From an uncultured bacterium (GTDB lineage Bacteria > Fidelibacterota > Marinisomatia > Marinisomatales > UBA1611): a stretch of DNA of 64,000 bases. Each line of letters starts with the position of its first letter. The stretch's first letter is position 1. This document shows, one piece after another, positions 1 through 9,444 of the stretch. The stretch covers positions 4,003 to 68,002 of the forward strand of contig CAZLPW010000004.1 in assembly GCA_964561495.1 (NCBI GenBank), given 5' to 3'. The position numbers were made by a program, and so were the translations under genes. Below the pieces are notes generated by a model. The model ran no database searches, was not told the origin of the DNA, and was given only the letters and a program-made list of their open reading frames with translations.

Positions 1-1
1 T

Positions 2-244
2 AGTAAAAACATTCCTATTATAAAATTACCAGCTATCGATGGCATTGGATCACAAAAAAAGCTTGGATCTTTCGCAGTAAACGCTCTACCCATACCAGGA
101 TTTTTAATAGGACCTAAACCTTACACTAATAAAGAAGTTTTAGAAAAATTATATGATATTGGAATTCAAAGAATAAACACACCTATGTCACAATATGCTT
201 TGAGCGGAGGGTCTGTACATTGCTGTACAAATGAAATCTATTGA
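2..244 (+). CDS. C-terminal fragment of a guanidino-group-modifying enzyme (amidinotransferase / DDAH / arginine deiminase superfamily)
   Basis: My own translation of frame 2 gives ...PMSQYALSGGSVHCCTNEIY*, with TGA at 242-244. The C-terminal GG-x-x-HC motif (catalytic Cys) is typical of this superfamily. The 5' end lies outside the window. Confidence 0.45.
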   Translation, partial: SKNIPIIKLPAIDGIGSQKKLGSFAVNALPIPGFLIGPKPYTNKEVLEKLYDIGIQRINTPMSQYALSGGSVHCCTNEIY

Positions 245-258
245 ATTATTGATCTAAT

Positions 259-951
259 CTAGATACCAAAACCGAATCTAAAGTTCATACTCCCAAATCC
301 TTTTTTACTAGGCACTACATCTTCTGCCATAGTATACCTGTAAAATAACTGAGAAGTAAAAGTGAGAAGTTTTAGTTGTAATCCTGCTTGAAAATGAAAT
401 CCGCTAGATTCATCATAGTTATCTTTATTTGTCAAAAAATCTTCTAGATTTTTACTCAAATTAGATACGTCACCATTTACTATATCACCTCCTAATAAAT
501 CTTCTACCATTTCAATACTTGCTACGGGTGTTGTTCTGTGCATGTTATATCCAAGGCCCGAGTATAGTTTTGCTCCAGCTAAAAAAGGAATAGATAGTGA
601 AAAAACGTCTTTTCTAACTGTTATGTAAGTATTGGCAGTTGCCCAAGCAAATGGAATAGGGTCCATAGCTCCAATAGGATTTTCAAAATTAATATCATAG
701 GTATTCCCCATCGCCTGAAAATCAAGCTCTAAATCGATTACTGGTATAATATCTATATACAAGAAAGCTCCAATACCAAAAGCGTTTTCGAATGCCCCAT
801 TTGTTAGCGTAACGCCAGGGATATCAGCACCACCAAGTATTGATTCTTCTACCTTCATCTGCCCTTGCGCAACCTGCAACCCAAAACCAGCTATAGCAAA
901 AAGACCTGTAGGTAGAACTATAAATAAAAACGTTGAAATATATTTTTTCAT
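259..951 (-). CDS. Hypothetical outer-membrane beta-barrel protein with signal peptide
   Basis: 230-aa ORF. It has an N-terminal hydrophobic signal, alternating amphipathic segments rich in Gly and aromatics, and a C-terminal ...FRFGFGI. I recognise no family. Confidence 0.5.
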   Translation of the reverse strand: MKKYISTFLFIVLPTGLFAIAGFGLQVAQGQMKVEESILGGADIPGVTLTNGAFENAFGIGAFLYIDIIPVIDLELDFQAMGNTYDINFENPIGAMDPIPFAWATANTYITVRKDVFSLSIPFLAGAKLYSGLGYNMHRTTPVASIEMVEDLLGGDIVNGDVSNLSKNLEDFLTNKDNYDESSGFHFQAGLQLKLLTFTSQLFYRYTMAEDVVPSKKGFGSMNFRFGFGI

Positions 952-1067
952 AACAACTCCAAAAATGGTATAATTTTAATCAACAAAGTTTACAGATTTC
1001 CTTTTGACAAACAAATCACTCATTGAAAATCGTATCTTATTCTAGATAAATTGAGAGGTCTTAATCT

Positions 1068-3326
1068 ATGAACCGACCCTTACTTTTATTTACATTTAGC
1101 TTAAGTGTTTTAATTTTCGGACAAAACGCTCAGTGGCCAACACGCGCCAGTCGATCATTCTCATCAAATTTTGGCGAAAATAGAGATGATCACTTCCACA
1201 TGGGTATAGATATAAAAACACGCGGGACAATAGGTCACGAGGTTTATGCAATTGAGGATGGATATATAAGCAGAATGGTATCCAATTATAATGGATACGG
1301 GAAAGCTCTCTATCTAAGAACAAAGTCTGGACGGGAAATCCTTTATGGCCACCTCGACAAGTTCAAGCCTGTTCTAGAAAAGGTGTGGAAGCTCCAACAA
1401 ACTAAACGAAAAAGTTATATTGTGAATGCTAACTTTTCTCCTAGAGAATTTCAAGTACTTAAAGGAGAATTGATAGGTTATTCAGGAAATAGCGGCTCTT
1501 CCTTTGCACCACATATACACCTCGAAGTTCGTAATAAAGATAGCGAACCCTTAAACCCCCTTGCCTATGCGTTTGATATGCCTGACAAAGTAAAACCAGA
1601 AGTTAAAAATATTGCTCTGGTACCATTATCAGAAAATTCAATTATTAACGCAAGTCCTCTAGTCCAAACTTTTCCTCTGTATCGAGATAGATCAGGAATA
1701 TATCATTTTCCTGATACGATAAGTGTTTTCGGTGAATTTGGAATTGCTATTGAAACATTTGACAAACGACAGGGAGCAAATAATAAATATCAGATTTATA
1801 AAGCAGAATTAGTTGTTGATGGAATAAAAAAATATGAACTAAAATACGATAAAATACCATTCTCAAAGACTAGTAGTGCTAATACTGTAATTGAATACGG
1901 TCTAAAAAGAAAAAAGTTAGGTGAATTTCAAAAACTTTATCGGATGCCAGAGCATCCAGAATTAGATATTCAGACTTTGAAAGAAAGCGGCATATTAAGG
2001 CTCTTCCCTGGTTTTCATTCTATTGAGATTAAAGTCTACGATGTAAATAATAATAGTGCTACAATTAGGGGAATGGTAACAAGCGCATTCCCTATGTCAA
2101 TTGGAGCAGAAGAAATTCTTCGAAATGATATGGTTATAACTCTTGCTTTAAGCCCCAAAAGGGGTGGAATGCCAATAAGAGATGTAATCATCTATAGCTT
2201 TACCCCATATGGACACACTGATAAGAATAAATTAAAATATCTCCACGCAGAAAGAGTCAAAAAGGATCTCCATGTCACATTAGACATAAAAGATACAAAA
2301 AATTCAATTCTACAAATTATAGCAATTAATGAGCTTGGTGGACTATCTGATCCCTATCATTGGACATCTCTAAAACCAGAATATAGCGTTATAGATATTT
2401 TACCAGCCTTAGATATTTCTACTACAGAAAGGGGAATGTTTTTCCAAATTGAGCTTGATAAATACGCTCCAGCTAGAGTTAAGATAAAACTGTCTGATAA
2501 TAATACTTTTAAGTCATTCACATTAAACCAGATACAACCCACGGTTTTCCTTTCTGATCTTTTGCCATACAAACATGCCGAGGGGGCAAAATATATCGAT
2601 GTAGAATTATCTCATAATGGGTTATCCAGAGAAAGAAGATTTCAAATTCATTCTAAAGTGGCTGAACCTGGAAAAGAAACTGCTGTTGTATCTGTTGATA
2701 AAAATTGCTCAATACAAATTCTTTCCAATACACTGTATCAAAATAACCTTATCTGGATTGAAAAAATAAAAACCTATCCAGAAATTAAAAATGGCTTTCA
2801 GCTATCTTCCGTATACCAGTTACACCCATTTGATTTAGCATTAAATAATAATTTTAATATTGGCATTAAATATGATTTTGAATTAGCTGAACATTCAAAC
2901 CTTGGGATTTATTATTATGATAATAAAGAAGGCAAGTGGGTCTTTTCTAAAACAAAAAATAATAAAAGAAAACAAATACTCACCACATCACTCAATCAAT
3001 TTGAGGCTGTGACAATAATACAAGACCTTGAGCCACCCTTAATCTTACGTATGCACCCTAGCGAAGGAGGGCGATATAAAAATGATGCCATAACTCAAAT
3101 TCGTATTTCTGTAGATGACAAACTATCAGGTATTGAAGCTGAAGAAGAATCTTTTGAATTAAAATTAAACGGTCAGCCTCTCTATTCAGCTTACCAACCA
3201 GTCAAAAAAGAGATTTCTTATTATCTAGATAGACCATTAAAAAATGGAAACCATAATATAAATTTTTCTGTTGTAGACCGAGTTGGAAATAAGAGTGAGC
3301 AGAAAATTATTTTTTCAATTTATTAA
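1068..3326 (+). CDS. M23 family metallopeptidase with a long C-terminal extension
   Basis: It has a signal peptide and the M23 motifs HMGIDI (HxxxD) and HIHLEV (HxH) within the first ~170 aa. About 570 further residues have no recognisable motif, except an Ig-like terminal segment (...VVDRVGNKSEQKIIFSIY). Confidence 0.8.
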   Translation: MNRPLLLFTFSLSVLIFGQNAQWPTRASRSFSSNFGENRDDHFHMGIDIKTRGTIGHEVYAIEDGYISRMVSNYNGYGKALYLRTKSGREILYGHLDKFKPVLEKVWKLQQTKRKSYIVNANFSPREFQVLKGELIGYSGNSGSSFAPHIHLEVRNKDSEPLNPLAYAFDMPDKVKPEVKNIALVPLSENSIINASPLVQTFPLYRDRSGIYHFPDTISVFGEFGIAIETFDKRQGANNKYQIYKAELVVDGIKKYELKYDKIPFSKTSSANTVIEYGLKRKKLGEFQKLYRMPEHPELDIQTLKESGILRLFPGFHSIEIKVYDVNNNSATIRGMVTSAFPMSIGAEEILRNDMVITLALSPKRGGMPIRDVIIYSFTPYGHTDKNKLKYLHAERVKKDLHVTLDIKDTKNSILQIIAINELGGLSDPYHWTSLKPEYSVIDILPALDISTTERGMFFQIELDKYAPARVKIKLSDNNTFKSFTLNQIQPTVFLSDLLPYKHAEGAKYIDVELSHNGLSRERRFQIHSKVAEPGKETAVVSVDKNCSIQILSNTLYQNNLIWIEKIKTYPEIKNGFQLSSVYQLHPFDLALNNNFNIGIKYDFELAEHSNLGIYYYDNKEGKWVFSKTKNNKRKQILTTSLNQFEAVTIIQDLEPPLILRMHPSEGGRYKNDAITQIRISVDDKLSGIEAEEESFELKLNGQPLYSAYQPVKKEISYYLDRPLKNGNHNINFSVVDRVGNKSEQKIIFSIY

Positions 3327-3982
3327 TGCTTTTCCCATATAAGGATGATAACCCTAAAGTACTAATTCCCTATGTCACATATGGAATATTAGCAATGAAT
3401 ACATTATTATTTTTAATACAATTTTTAATTTCTAGCAATGATATAAACCTGTCAAATAGAATTGTTTCCTCATTTGGTTTCATTCCAGCAAATTTCAACA
3501 TATTGACTATATTCAGTTCAATGTTTATTCATGGAAACCTAGCTCATATAATCGGGAACCTTTGGTTCCTTAAAGTTTTTGGAGATAATGTAGAAAGCGT
3601 CCTTGGGCATTTAAAATATTTTTTTTTCTACATTTGTTGTGGTTTTATTGCAGCAATCGGTCAATATATTATTAATCCTTCATCAACAATACCTATGATT
3701 GGCGCTAGTGGGGCAATTGCTGGTGTTTTAGGTGCTTACATGATCCAATTTCCTAATGCGAGAGTACATAATATTTTGTTTTTTATTATTTTTTTTACTA
3801 AAGTGACTTTACCTGCTCAAATTGTTCTTGGGTTTTGGTTCCTATTGCAACTGAGCCAAGGATTAATTGAAATAGGCATAAATACAACAGGCGGGATAGC
3901 TTGGTTTGCGCATGTTGGTGGTTTTATTGCGGGAATAACATTGTTAAAATATCTTAAGAGTTTAAAAATTGAGGTAATATGA
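3326..3982 (+). CDS. Rhomboid family intramembrane serine protease
   Basis: A polytopic membrane protein with HGNLAHIIGNLWFL (the rhomboid H..H..N motif), the catalytic GASGAIAG and a downstream AHVGG. Its start overlaps the upstream stop (TAATG). Confidence 0.85.
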   Translation: MLFPYKDDNPKVLIPYVTYGILAMNTLLFLIQFLISSNDINLSNRIVSSFGFIPANFNILTIFSSMFIHGNLAHIIGNLWFLKVFGDNVESVLGHLKYFFFYICCGFIAAIGQYIINPSSTIPMIGASGAIAGVLGAYMIQFPNARVHNILFFIIFFTKVTLPAQIVLGFWFLLQLSQGLIEIGINTTGGIAWFAHVGGFIAGITLLKYLKSLKIEVI

Positions 3983-4359
3983 AAAAAAGTTTGATTAAAA
4001 AAGCAATAAAAATGCGTATGCGTGCACAGGCACAGTTTTCAGGATATAAGGTTGGTGCAGCAGTAAAAACTAGATCTGGTAAAGTTATTGGTGGATGTAA
4101 TATTGAATCTTCTAGCTATGGACTTACCTGCTGCGCGGAACGAGTTGCACTTTATAGATCTATTGCAGAGGGGCATACTGAGTTTGATGGAATTGCCGTT
4201 TCATCAATAAATGCTTGCTCCCCTTGTGGAGCATGCAGACAAGTAATCTGGGATTTGTGCGGAAAAATTCCAATTTATATATGCAATGAAAAAGAATTTA
4301 TTAAAAAGTCAACATCTTTAGCCTTGTTGCCTGAACCATTTGATAAATCATTTTTATGA
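3979..4359 (+). CDS. cdd: Cytidine deaminase
   Basis: Zinc-binding motifs CAERVAL and CSPCGACRQ; 126 aa; ATGA overlap with the upstream gene. Confidence 0.9.
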   Translation: MKKSLIKKAIKMRMRAQAQFSGYKVGAAVKTRSGKVIGGCNIESSSYGLTCCAERVALYRSIAEGHTEFDGIAVSSINACSPCGACRQVIWDLCGKIPIYICNEKEFIKKSTSLALLPEPFDKSFL

Positions 4360-4970
4360 AAAACTTAATTATTGGTATTGCTGGAGGGACTGGATCTGGT
4401 AAGACAACAATAGCTAAAGCACTTCAGAAAGAGTTTAATAAAAACAACTTATTAATAATCAAGCAAGATTCTTATTATAAAGACTTAAGCCACATTCCAT
4501 ATAAAAAAAGAATTAGCAAAAATTTTGATCACCCAGATTCTTTGGATATTGAACTACTTGTAAATCATATAAAGAGATTGAAAAGTGGGAAAAGTATTAA
4601 TAAACCTGATTATGATTTTTCAAAACATATTAGAACACCAAAAAAAATTAACTATAGCCCAAAAAAGATTATTATAGTAGAAGGTATTCTAGCTCTTTTT
4701 TTTTCTAGTTTGAGGAAACTCTATACATTCGATGTATTCCTTGATATTCCATCTGATATTAGAATAATAAGAAGAATAAATAGAGATATGAATAATAGAG
4801 ACCGTTCGATTAATTCAATAACCAAACAATATTTAGATACAGTCCGGCCAATGCATGAGCAATTTGTTGAACCATCAAAAAATTATGCCGATATTATTAT
4901 AGATAATGAGAAAAGTATTGAATCAATTATTGAGTCTATTATGTTAAAAATAAAATCTATCTCCGTATGA
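4356..4970 (+). CDS. udk: Uridine kinase
   Basis: P-loop GIAGGTGSGKTT, plus the typical QDSYY and DHPDS motifs. Confidence 0.9.
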   Translation: MKNLIIGIAGGTGSGKTTIAKALQKEFNKNNLLIIKQDSYYKDLSHIPYKKRISKNFDHPDSLDIELLVNHIKRLKSGKSINKPDYDFSKHIRTPKKINYSPKKIIIVEGILALFFSSLRKLYTFDVFLDIPSDIRIIRRINRDMNNRDRSINSITKQYLDTVRPMHEQFVEPSKNYADIIIDNEKSIESIIESIMLKIKSISV

Positions 4971-5530
4971 CTTTAAGTACAATTAATTCAGGATGGTTAG
5001 AAGTGATCTGTGGTTGTATGTTTAGCGGAAAAACAGAAGAGCTAATGAGAAGATTAAGAAGAGCACAAATTGCTAAAATGTCTACAATTATATTTAAACC
5101 AAAAATTGATTCACGCTATAGTGAAAACGAAATTGTAAGCCATAATAAAAATCGAATGAATTCTAAAATCATCAATAGCTCAAAAGAAATCATACCTAAA
5201 TCAAAAAGTATTGATGTGATTGCAGTTGATGAAGCTCAATTTTTTGATGAAAACTTGGTCCAAGCTTGTACATCACTTGCTAATAATGGTAAACGTGTAA
5301 TCGTAGCAGGTCTCGATAAAGATTATCGTGGTTTACCATTCGGACCTATGCCATCCATTATGTGCGAAGCTGATTACTTGGACAAACTTCGTGCAATTTG
5401 TATAGAGTGCGGTAATCTAGCCTCCTACTCTCAAAGAATGAGTGAGGAGAAAAATCAAATTGTAATTGGAGAATTAGATAAATATCAAGCCAAATGTCGT
5501 AATTGTTTTCAACCCCCTCATATAAACTAA
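4967..5530 (+). CDS. tdk: Thymidine kinase
   Basis: P-loop GCMFSGKTEEL, VDEAQFF, and the C-terminal zinc ribbon CIECG...CRNC. Confidence 0.9.
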   Translation: MTLSTINSGWLEVICGCMFSGKTEELMRRLRRAQIAKMSTIIFKPKIDSRYSENEIVSHNKNRMNSKIINSSKEIIPKSKSIDVIAVDEAQFFDENLVQACTSLANNGKRVIVAGLDKDYRGLPFGPMPSIMCEADYLDKLRAICIECGNLASYSQRMSEEKNQIVIGELDKYQAKCRNCFQPPHIN

Positions 5531-6741
5531 TGAAAGGTGTTTTAGGTGTCTTTGTTTTGCTTGGTATTGCATATGCTATATCTGAAGACAGAAAAAATAT
5601 CAATTTTAGATTAATCATTTGGGGATTATCGTTACAATTGGTTTTTGCAATTTCAATTTTAAAAACTCCGATTGGAAAACCGTTATTTGGATTTCTTGAT
5701 AAATCAATTTCCAAACTAATAAGTTTTTCCAATGAAGGGAGTAACTTTTTATTTCAGTCCTTTGTCCCTGAGGTAGGCTATCATGATGCTATGATTAATT
5801 TTGCCTTCAGGGCCTTACCTACAGTTATATTTTTTTCTAGTCTAATGGCAGTGCTTCACCATTTTAGAATAATTCAATTCATAATTAGATGGATAGCCAA
5901 AATTATGCAAAAGACTATGAAAACTAGTGGACCTGAAACGCTTAGTGTGGCTTCAAATATTTTTGTTGGGCAAACAGAGGCTCCTCTAGTAATTCGTCCT
6001 TATATATCTAAAATGACGAAGTCAGAGCTAATGGTAGTTATGGTAGGTGGTTTTGCTACAGTTGCGGGTGGTGTCCTGGCAATGTATGTGACATGGCTTT
6101 CTGATATTCCAGGAATTGCGGGGCATCTTTTAGCTGCATCTGTAATGTCTGCGCCCGCTGCGCTCGTAATTGCAAAAATTATTTATCCTGAAATTGAAAA
6201 ATCTAAAATAATATTCGATACAAAAATTGACGGCTCAAAAGAAAATATTAATGCAATGGAAGCTCTTGGGAACGGGGCTACAGACGGCTTAAAGTTAGCA
6301 GGAAATATCGCAGCCATGTTAATTGCATTCATTTCAATTATTGCAATGGTAAATTATTTTTTTAGTCTTATAAACACATCGCTTGATCAAATATTAGGAA
6401 TTGTATTCCAACCATTAGCATGGACTATGGGTGTTCCATGGGATCAATCGAAAACATTTGGTATGTTAATGGGTAAAAAAATTGCTTTCACAGAATTAAT
6501 AGCATACAATGATTTAAAAGAACTTATTTTATCAAAACAGATTACAGACAGGACTGCTATTATTGCTAGTTATGCACTTTGTGGATTTGCTAACTTTGGC
6601 TCCATAGGAATACAATTAGGAGGAATTGGAGGAATTGCTCCTGATAGAAAAAAGGATCTTTCAAAGCTAGCTTTAAAGGCAATGATAGGTGGAGCTTTGG
6701 CCTCTTGGTTAACAGCCACAATAGCAGGAATTTTAATATAA
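5530..6741 (+). CDS. nupC: Concentrative nucleoside transporter (NupC/CNT family)
   Basis: Polytopic membrane protein with the CNT signature FVGQTEAPLVIRPY. I placed the start at the ATG at 5530 (MKGVLG...), which overlaps the tdk stop as TAATG. The track ORF start at 5503 lies inside tdk. Confidence 0.85.
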   Translation: MKGVLGVFVLLGIAYAISEDRKNINFRLIIWGLSLQLVFAISILKTPIGKPLFGFLDKSISKLISFSNEGSNFLFQSFVPEVGYHDAMINFAFRALPTVIFFSSLMAVLHHFRIIQFIIRWIAKIMQKTMKTSGPETLSVASNIFVGQTEAPLVIRPYISKMTKSELMVVMVGGFATVAGGVLAMYVTWLSDIPGIAGHLLAASVMSAPAALVIAKIIYPEIEKSKIIFDTKIDGSKENINAMEALGNGATDGLKLAGNIAAMLIAFISIIAMVNYFFSLINTSLDQILGIVFQPLAWTMGVPWDQSKTFGMLMGKKIAFTELIAYNDLKELILSKQITDRTAIIASYALCGFANFGSIGIQLGGIGGIAPDRKKDLSKLALKAMIGGALASWLTATIAGILI

Positions 6742-6743
6742 TT

Positions 6744-7307
6744 ATGAAATTATTAATAATGGGTCCCCCAGGGGTCGGGAAGGGAACTCAAGCAAAAAAA
6801 CTAAAACTATATTTTGATATATATCACCTCTCAACTGGTAAAGTTCTAAGAGATGAAATAAATAAAAAAACTGAAATTGGTTTAAAATCATCAGTGTTTA
6901 TTGATAAGGGCGAACTAGTCCCTGATCATATCTTACTTAGAATAGTAAAAAAATATATCTCAAAAAAGGAATATTTGAACGGGTATATATTAGATGGGTT
7001 TCCTCGCACTTTGCCTCAAGCCAAAGGGCTCTATAAAATACTTAATGATTCTGACCAAAAATTAAATGCGGTAATAAGTCTAAATGCGGATAAAGATGAA
7101 TTGATAAATCGATTAATATTACGGAGCAAAGACTCTGGCAGGAGCGATGACAATCTAGATATAATAAAAAATCGTCAAAAAATCTATTGGGAGCAAACAT
7201 CACCTTTGCTAGAATATTACCGCTCAAAACAAATTTTAAAAGAGATTAATGGTGTTGGGGAAATTTCTGAAATCACAAAACTTATTATACAGTCTATTAA
7301 AAATTAA
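6744..7307 (+). CDS. adk: Adenylate kinase (short-LID type)
   Basis: MKLLIMGPPGVGKGTQ P-loop at the ATG at 6744; the track start at 6705 overlaps nupC. It also has DGFPRT, and the LID region is short (RSKDSGRSDDN) with no zinc-finger insert. Confidence 0.9.
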   Translation: MKLLIMGPPGVGKGTQAKKLKLYFDIYHLSTGKVLRDEINKKTEIGLKSSVFIDKGELVPDHILLRIVKKYISKKEYLNGYILDGFPRTLPQAKGLYKILNDSDQKLNAVISLNADKDELINRLILRSKDSGRSDDNLDIIKNRQKIYWEQTSPLLEYYRSKQILKEINGVGEISEITKLIIQSIKN

Positions 7308-7900
7308 TGCTTAAAATTGGAATAACAGGGGGTATTGGAAGCGGGAAAAGTCTCGTTAGTGATTTTTTTTCTAGTTGGGGTGCTTTTATTTTTGATGCTG
7401 ATGAAGTGGCAAAAAAAATTCTTATCAGCAATGAAACAGCACAAGGTGAAATAATTTCTGAATTTGGATCAGATGTAATAGATGTCAACAATAAAATAGA
7501 TAAAAAAAAATTATCTCGAGTTGCTTTCCAAGATGAAGATAATCAGTTGAAATTAAATACGATAATTCATCCATATGTTTTTCAAGAAATTGATAAACAA
7601 TTTGAAAAAATTTTAAATAAAGGTGGACATGATATATTTGTAGTTGATGCTGCTCTCATTTATGAGTCTGGAGCAGACACCCATATGGATTATGTTATTG
7701 TAATCTGTTCAAAAATTGGTTTAAGAACAGAACGAGTTTTGGGAAGAGGTAAAATTTCTCGTGACGAATTTTTTCAAAGAGTAGACCTACAATGGACAGA
7801 TGAGGATAAAATTCAACTGGCTGATTTTGTTATTCACAATAATGAAACAAAGCAGAACTTAGAAAAACAAGCAAAATCAATTTATAATAAATTGATTTAA
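7307..7900 (+). CDS. coaE: Dephospho-CoA kinase
   Basis: GITGGIGSGKS P-loop, a family-typical length of 197 aa, and TAATG coupling to adk. Confidence 0.9.
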   Translation: MLKIGITGGIGSGKSLVSDFFSSWGAFIFDADEVAKKILISNETAQGEIISEFGSDVIDVNNKIDKKKLSRVAFQDEDNQLKLNTIIHPYVFQEIDKQFEKILNKGGHDIFVVDAALIYESGADTHMDYVIVICSKIGLRTERVLGRGKISRDEFFQRVDLQWTDEDKIQLADFVIHNNETKQNLEKQAKSIYNKLI

Positions 7901-8370
7901 CTACCCCTTTTGCGTAAAGCAACTGGTTTATCAAGTATCTCCTTTAAAATAATCGCGTTCCTAATATAACCTGGCCTTTTCAACGCATTTGTAAAGACAC
8001 CAATTTTAGAGTATTTATTTTTATTATATGCTGATCGGCTAGGTAATGTTTTTTCTTCTTTTATTTTTGGTTTAGGATCTTGTTGAGCTTTTGGTTCCAG
8101 ATCATAAATTGGTTCTTCATAATCACCTTCATCCTGATATTCAAAGGAATTATTTTCTGTTTCAAAATCAGATAACAATGTTTCTTTTAAAGAATCGTTT
8201 GTGCTCTCTATAAACTGCTCAATCCATGAAGGTTCTGTTAATGAATCTTCTTTGTCATTCTTTGGATCCCATTCAGGATCACTTTCTATTTGTTTATGAG
8301 CAGATTTTTGCTGTCTATTTTTTAAATACCAGGACAAAGCATAAAACAAAACAAGTAATAAAGCTTCCAT
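7897..8370 (-). CDS. Hypothetical small membrane-anchored acidic protein
   Basis: 157 aa with one N-terminal TM helix, an acidic low-complexity middle and a basic C-terminus. It lies 29 bp downstream of floA on the same strand. Confidence 0.5.
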   Translation of the reverse strand: MEALLLVLFYALSWYLKNRQQKSAHKQIESDPEWDPKNDKEDSLTEPSWIEQFIESTNDSLKETLLSDFETENNSFEYQDEGDYEEPIYDLEPKAQQDPKPKIKEEKTLPSRSAYNKNKYSKIGVFTNALKRPGYIRNAIILKEILDKPVALRKRGS

Positions 8371-8399
8371 ATATTATAAAACCCTAATACTAATAAAGC

Positions 8400-9419
8400 C
8401 TATTCGCTATCGTCACTAGAATGGTGTGGATCCGTATCTATTTTCTCACCACCTGCAATTGAATCCCGCATATCTGTATCAGACTTAATGTTTTGCATAT
8501 TATAATAATCAAAAATACCTAGGTTCCCTTCACGAAAGGCAAAAGCCATCGCCTTTGGAACTTCAGCTTCAGACTCAACAACCCTTGCTTTCATTTCTTC
8601 AACCCTGGCTTTCATTTCTTGTTCTTCAGCGACTGCCATTGCGCGACGAGTTTCAGCTTTTGCTTGAGCTACTTGTAGATCTGCTTCTGCCTGGTCTGTT
8701 TGCAATGCAGCTCCAATATTTTTCCCGACATCTAGATCAGCAATATCTATTGATAATATTTCAAATGCAGTACCAGCATCTAATCCCTTTTCTAGAACAG
8801 CTCTAGAAATGTTATCTGGATTCTCAAGTACTGCTGAATAATTACTTGCAGATCCAATTGCGCTAACTATTCCTTCACCAACACGTGCAATAATAGTATC
8901 ATCAGTTGCACCACCGACAAGGCCCGCAAGGTTGGTCCGGACTGTTACTCGTGCACGTGCTTTTAGCTCAATCCCATCCTTTGCGACCGCAGCCAAATAA
9001 CCATCAACAGGAGCATTAATAACCTTTGGATACACACTTGTTTGAACAGCTTCTTTAACATCACGACCAGCTAAATCAATTGCGGTTGCAGTCTCAAATT
9101 CTAATGGAATATTTGCTTTATCTGCAGCAATTAAAGCACCAACAACATTTACAACATTTCCACCAGCTAGATAATGAGTTTCCAGCATATCCGTTGTTAC
9201 TTGATTTAATCCAGCTTTGTGTAAATTGATAACACCATCCGTTACCAAACGCGGTGAAATTTTTCTCAATCGCATTCTAATCAGATCAACAATACTAATT
9301 CTACCTATCCCTAAAGAAACTATACCCTGTATCCACAAGCCTAATGGTACAAAATAGAGCAGAATTAAAATTATTACTAAAATAACTACAAGCATGATCA
9401 TCTGGAAACCCATAAACAT
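8400..9419 (-). CDS. floA: Flotillin-like protein FloA (SPFH/UPF0365 family)
   Basis: Long stretches match the Bacillus FloA/YqfA family as I remember it: [46 protein letters not shown] and LQTDQAEAD. It has an N-terminal TM hairpin. Confidence 0.85.
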   Translation of the reverse strand: MFMGFQMIMLVVILVIILILLYFVPLGLWIQGIVSLGIGRISIVDLIRMRLRKISPRLVTDGVINLHKAGLNQVTTDMLETHYLAGGNVVNVVGALIAADKANIPLEFETATAIDLAGRDVKEAVQTSVYPKVINAPVDGYLAAVAKDGIELKARARVTVRTNLAGLVGGATDDTIIARVGEGIVSAIGSASNYSAVLENPDNISRAVLEKGLDAGTAFEILSIDIADLDVGKNIGAALQTDQAEADLQVAQAKAETRRAMAVAEEQEMKARVEEMKARVVESEAEVPKAMAFAFREGNLGIFDYYNMQNIKSDTDMRDSIAGGEKIDTDPHHSSDDSE

Positions 9420-9444
9420 ATTGATGCCCTCCTATTTACTCAAA

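Noticed and set aside
3326-3982. The rhomboid protease acting as a rhombosortase for the giant protein's C-terminal helix.
   Set aside because: The giant protein's C-terminus has no GlyGly-CTERM-type motif and no basic tail. The two genes are about 50 kb apart, so nothing in the sequence links them.
5503-5529. Upstream extensions of nupC (start 5503) and adk (start 6705) in the ORF track.
   Set aside because: Both extensions overlap the preceding gene's coding sequence. They add residues with no family similarity, while in-frame ATGs at 5530 and 6744 give canonical N-termini (for adk, directly before the P-loop).
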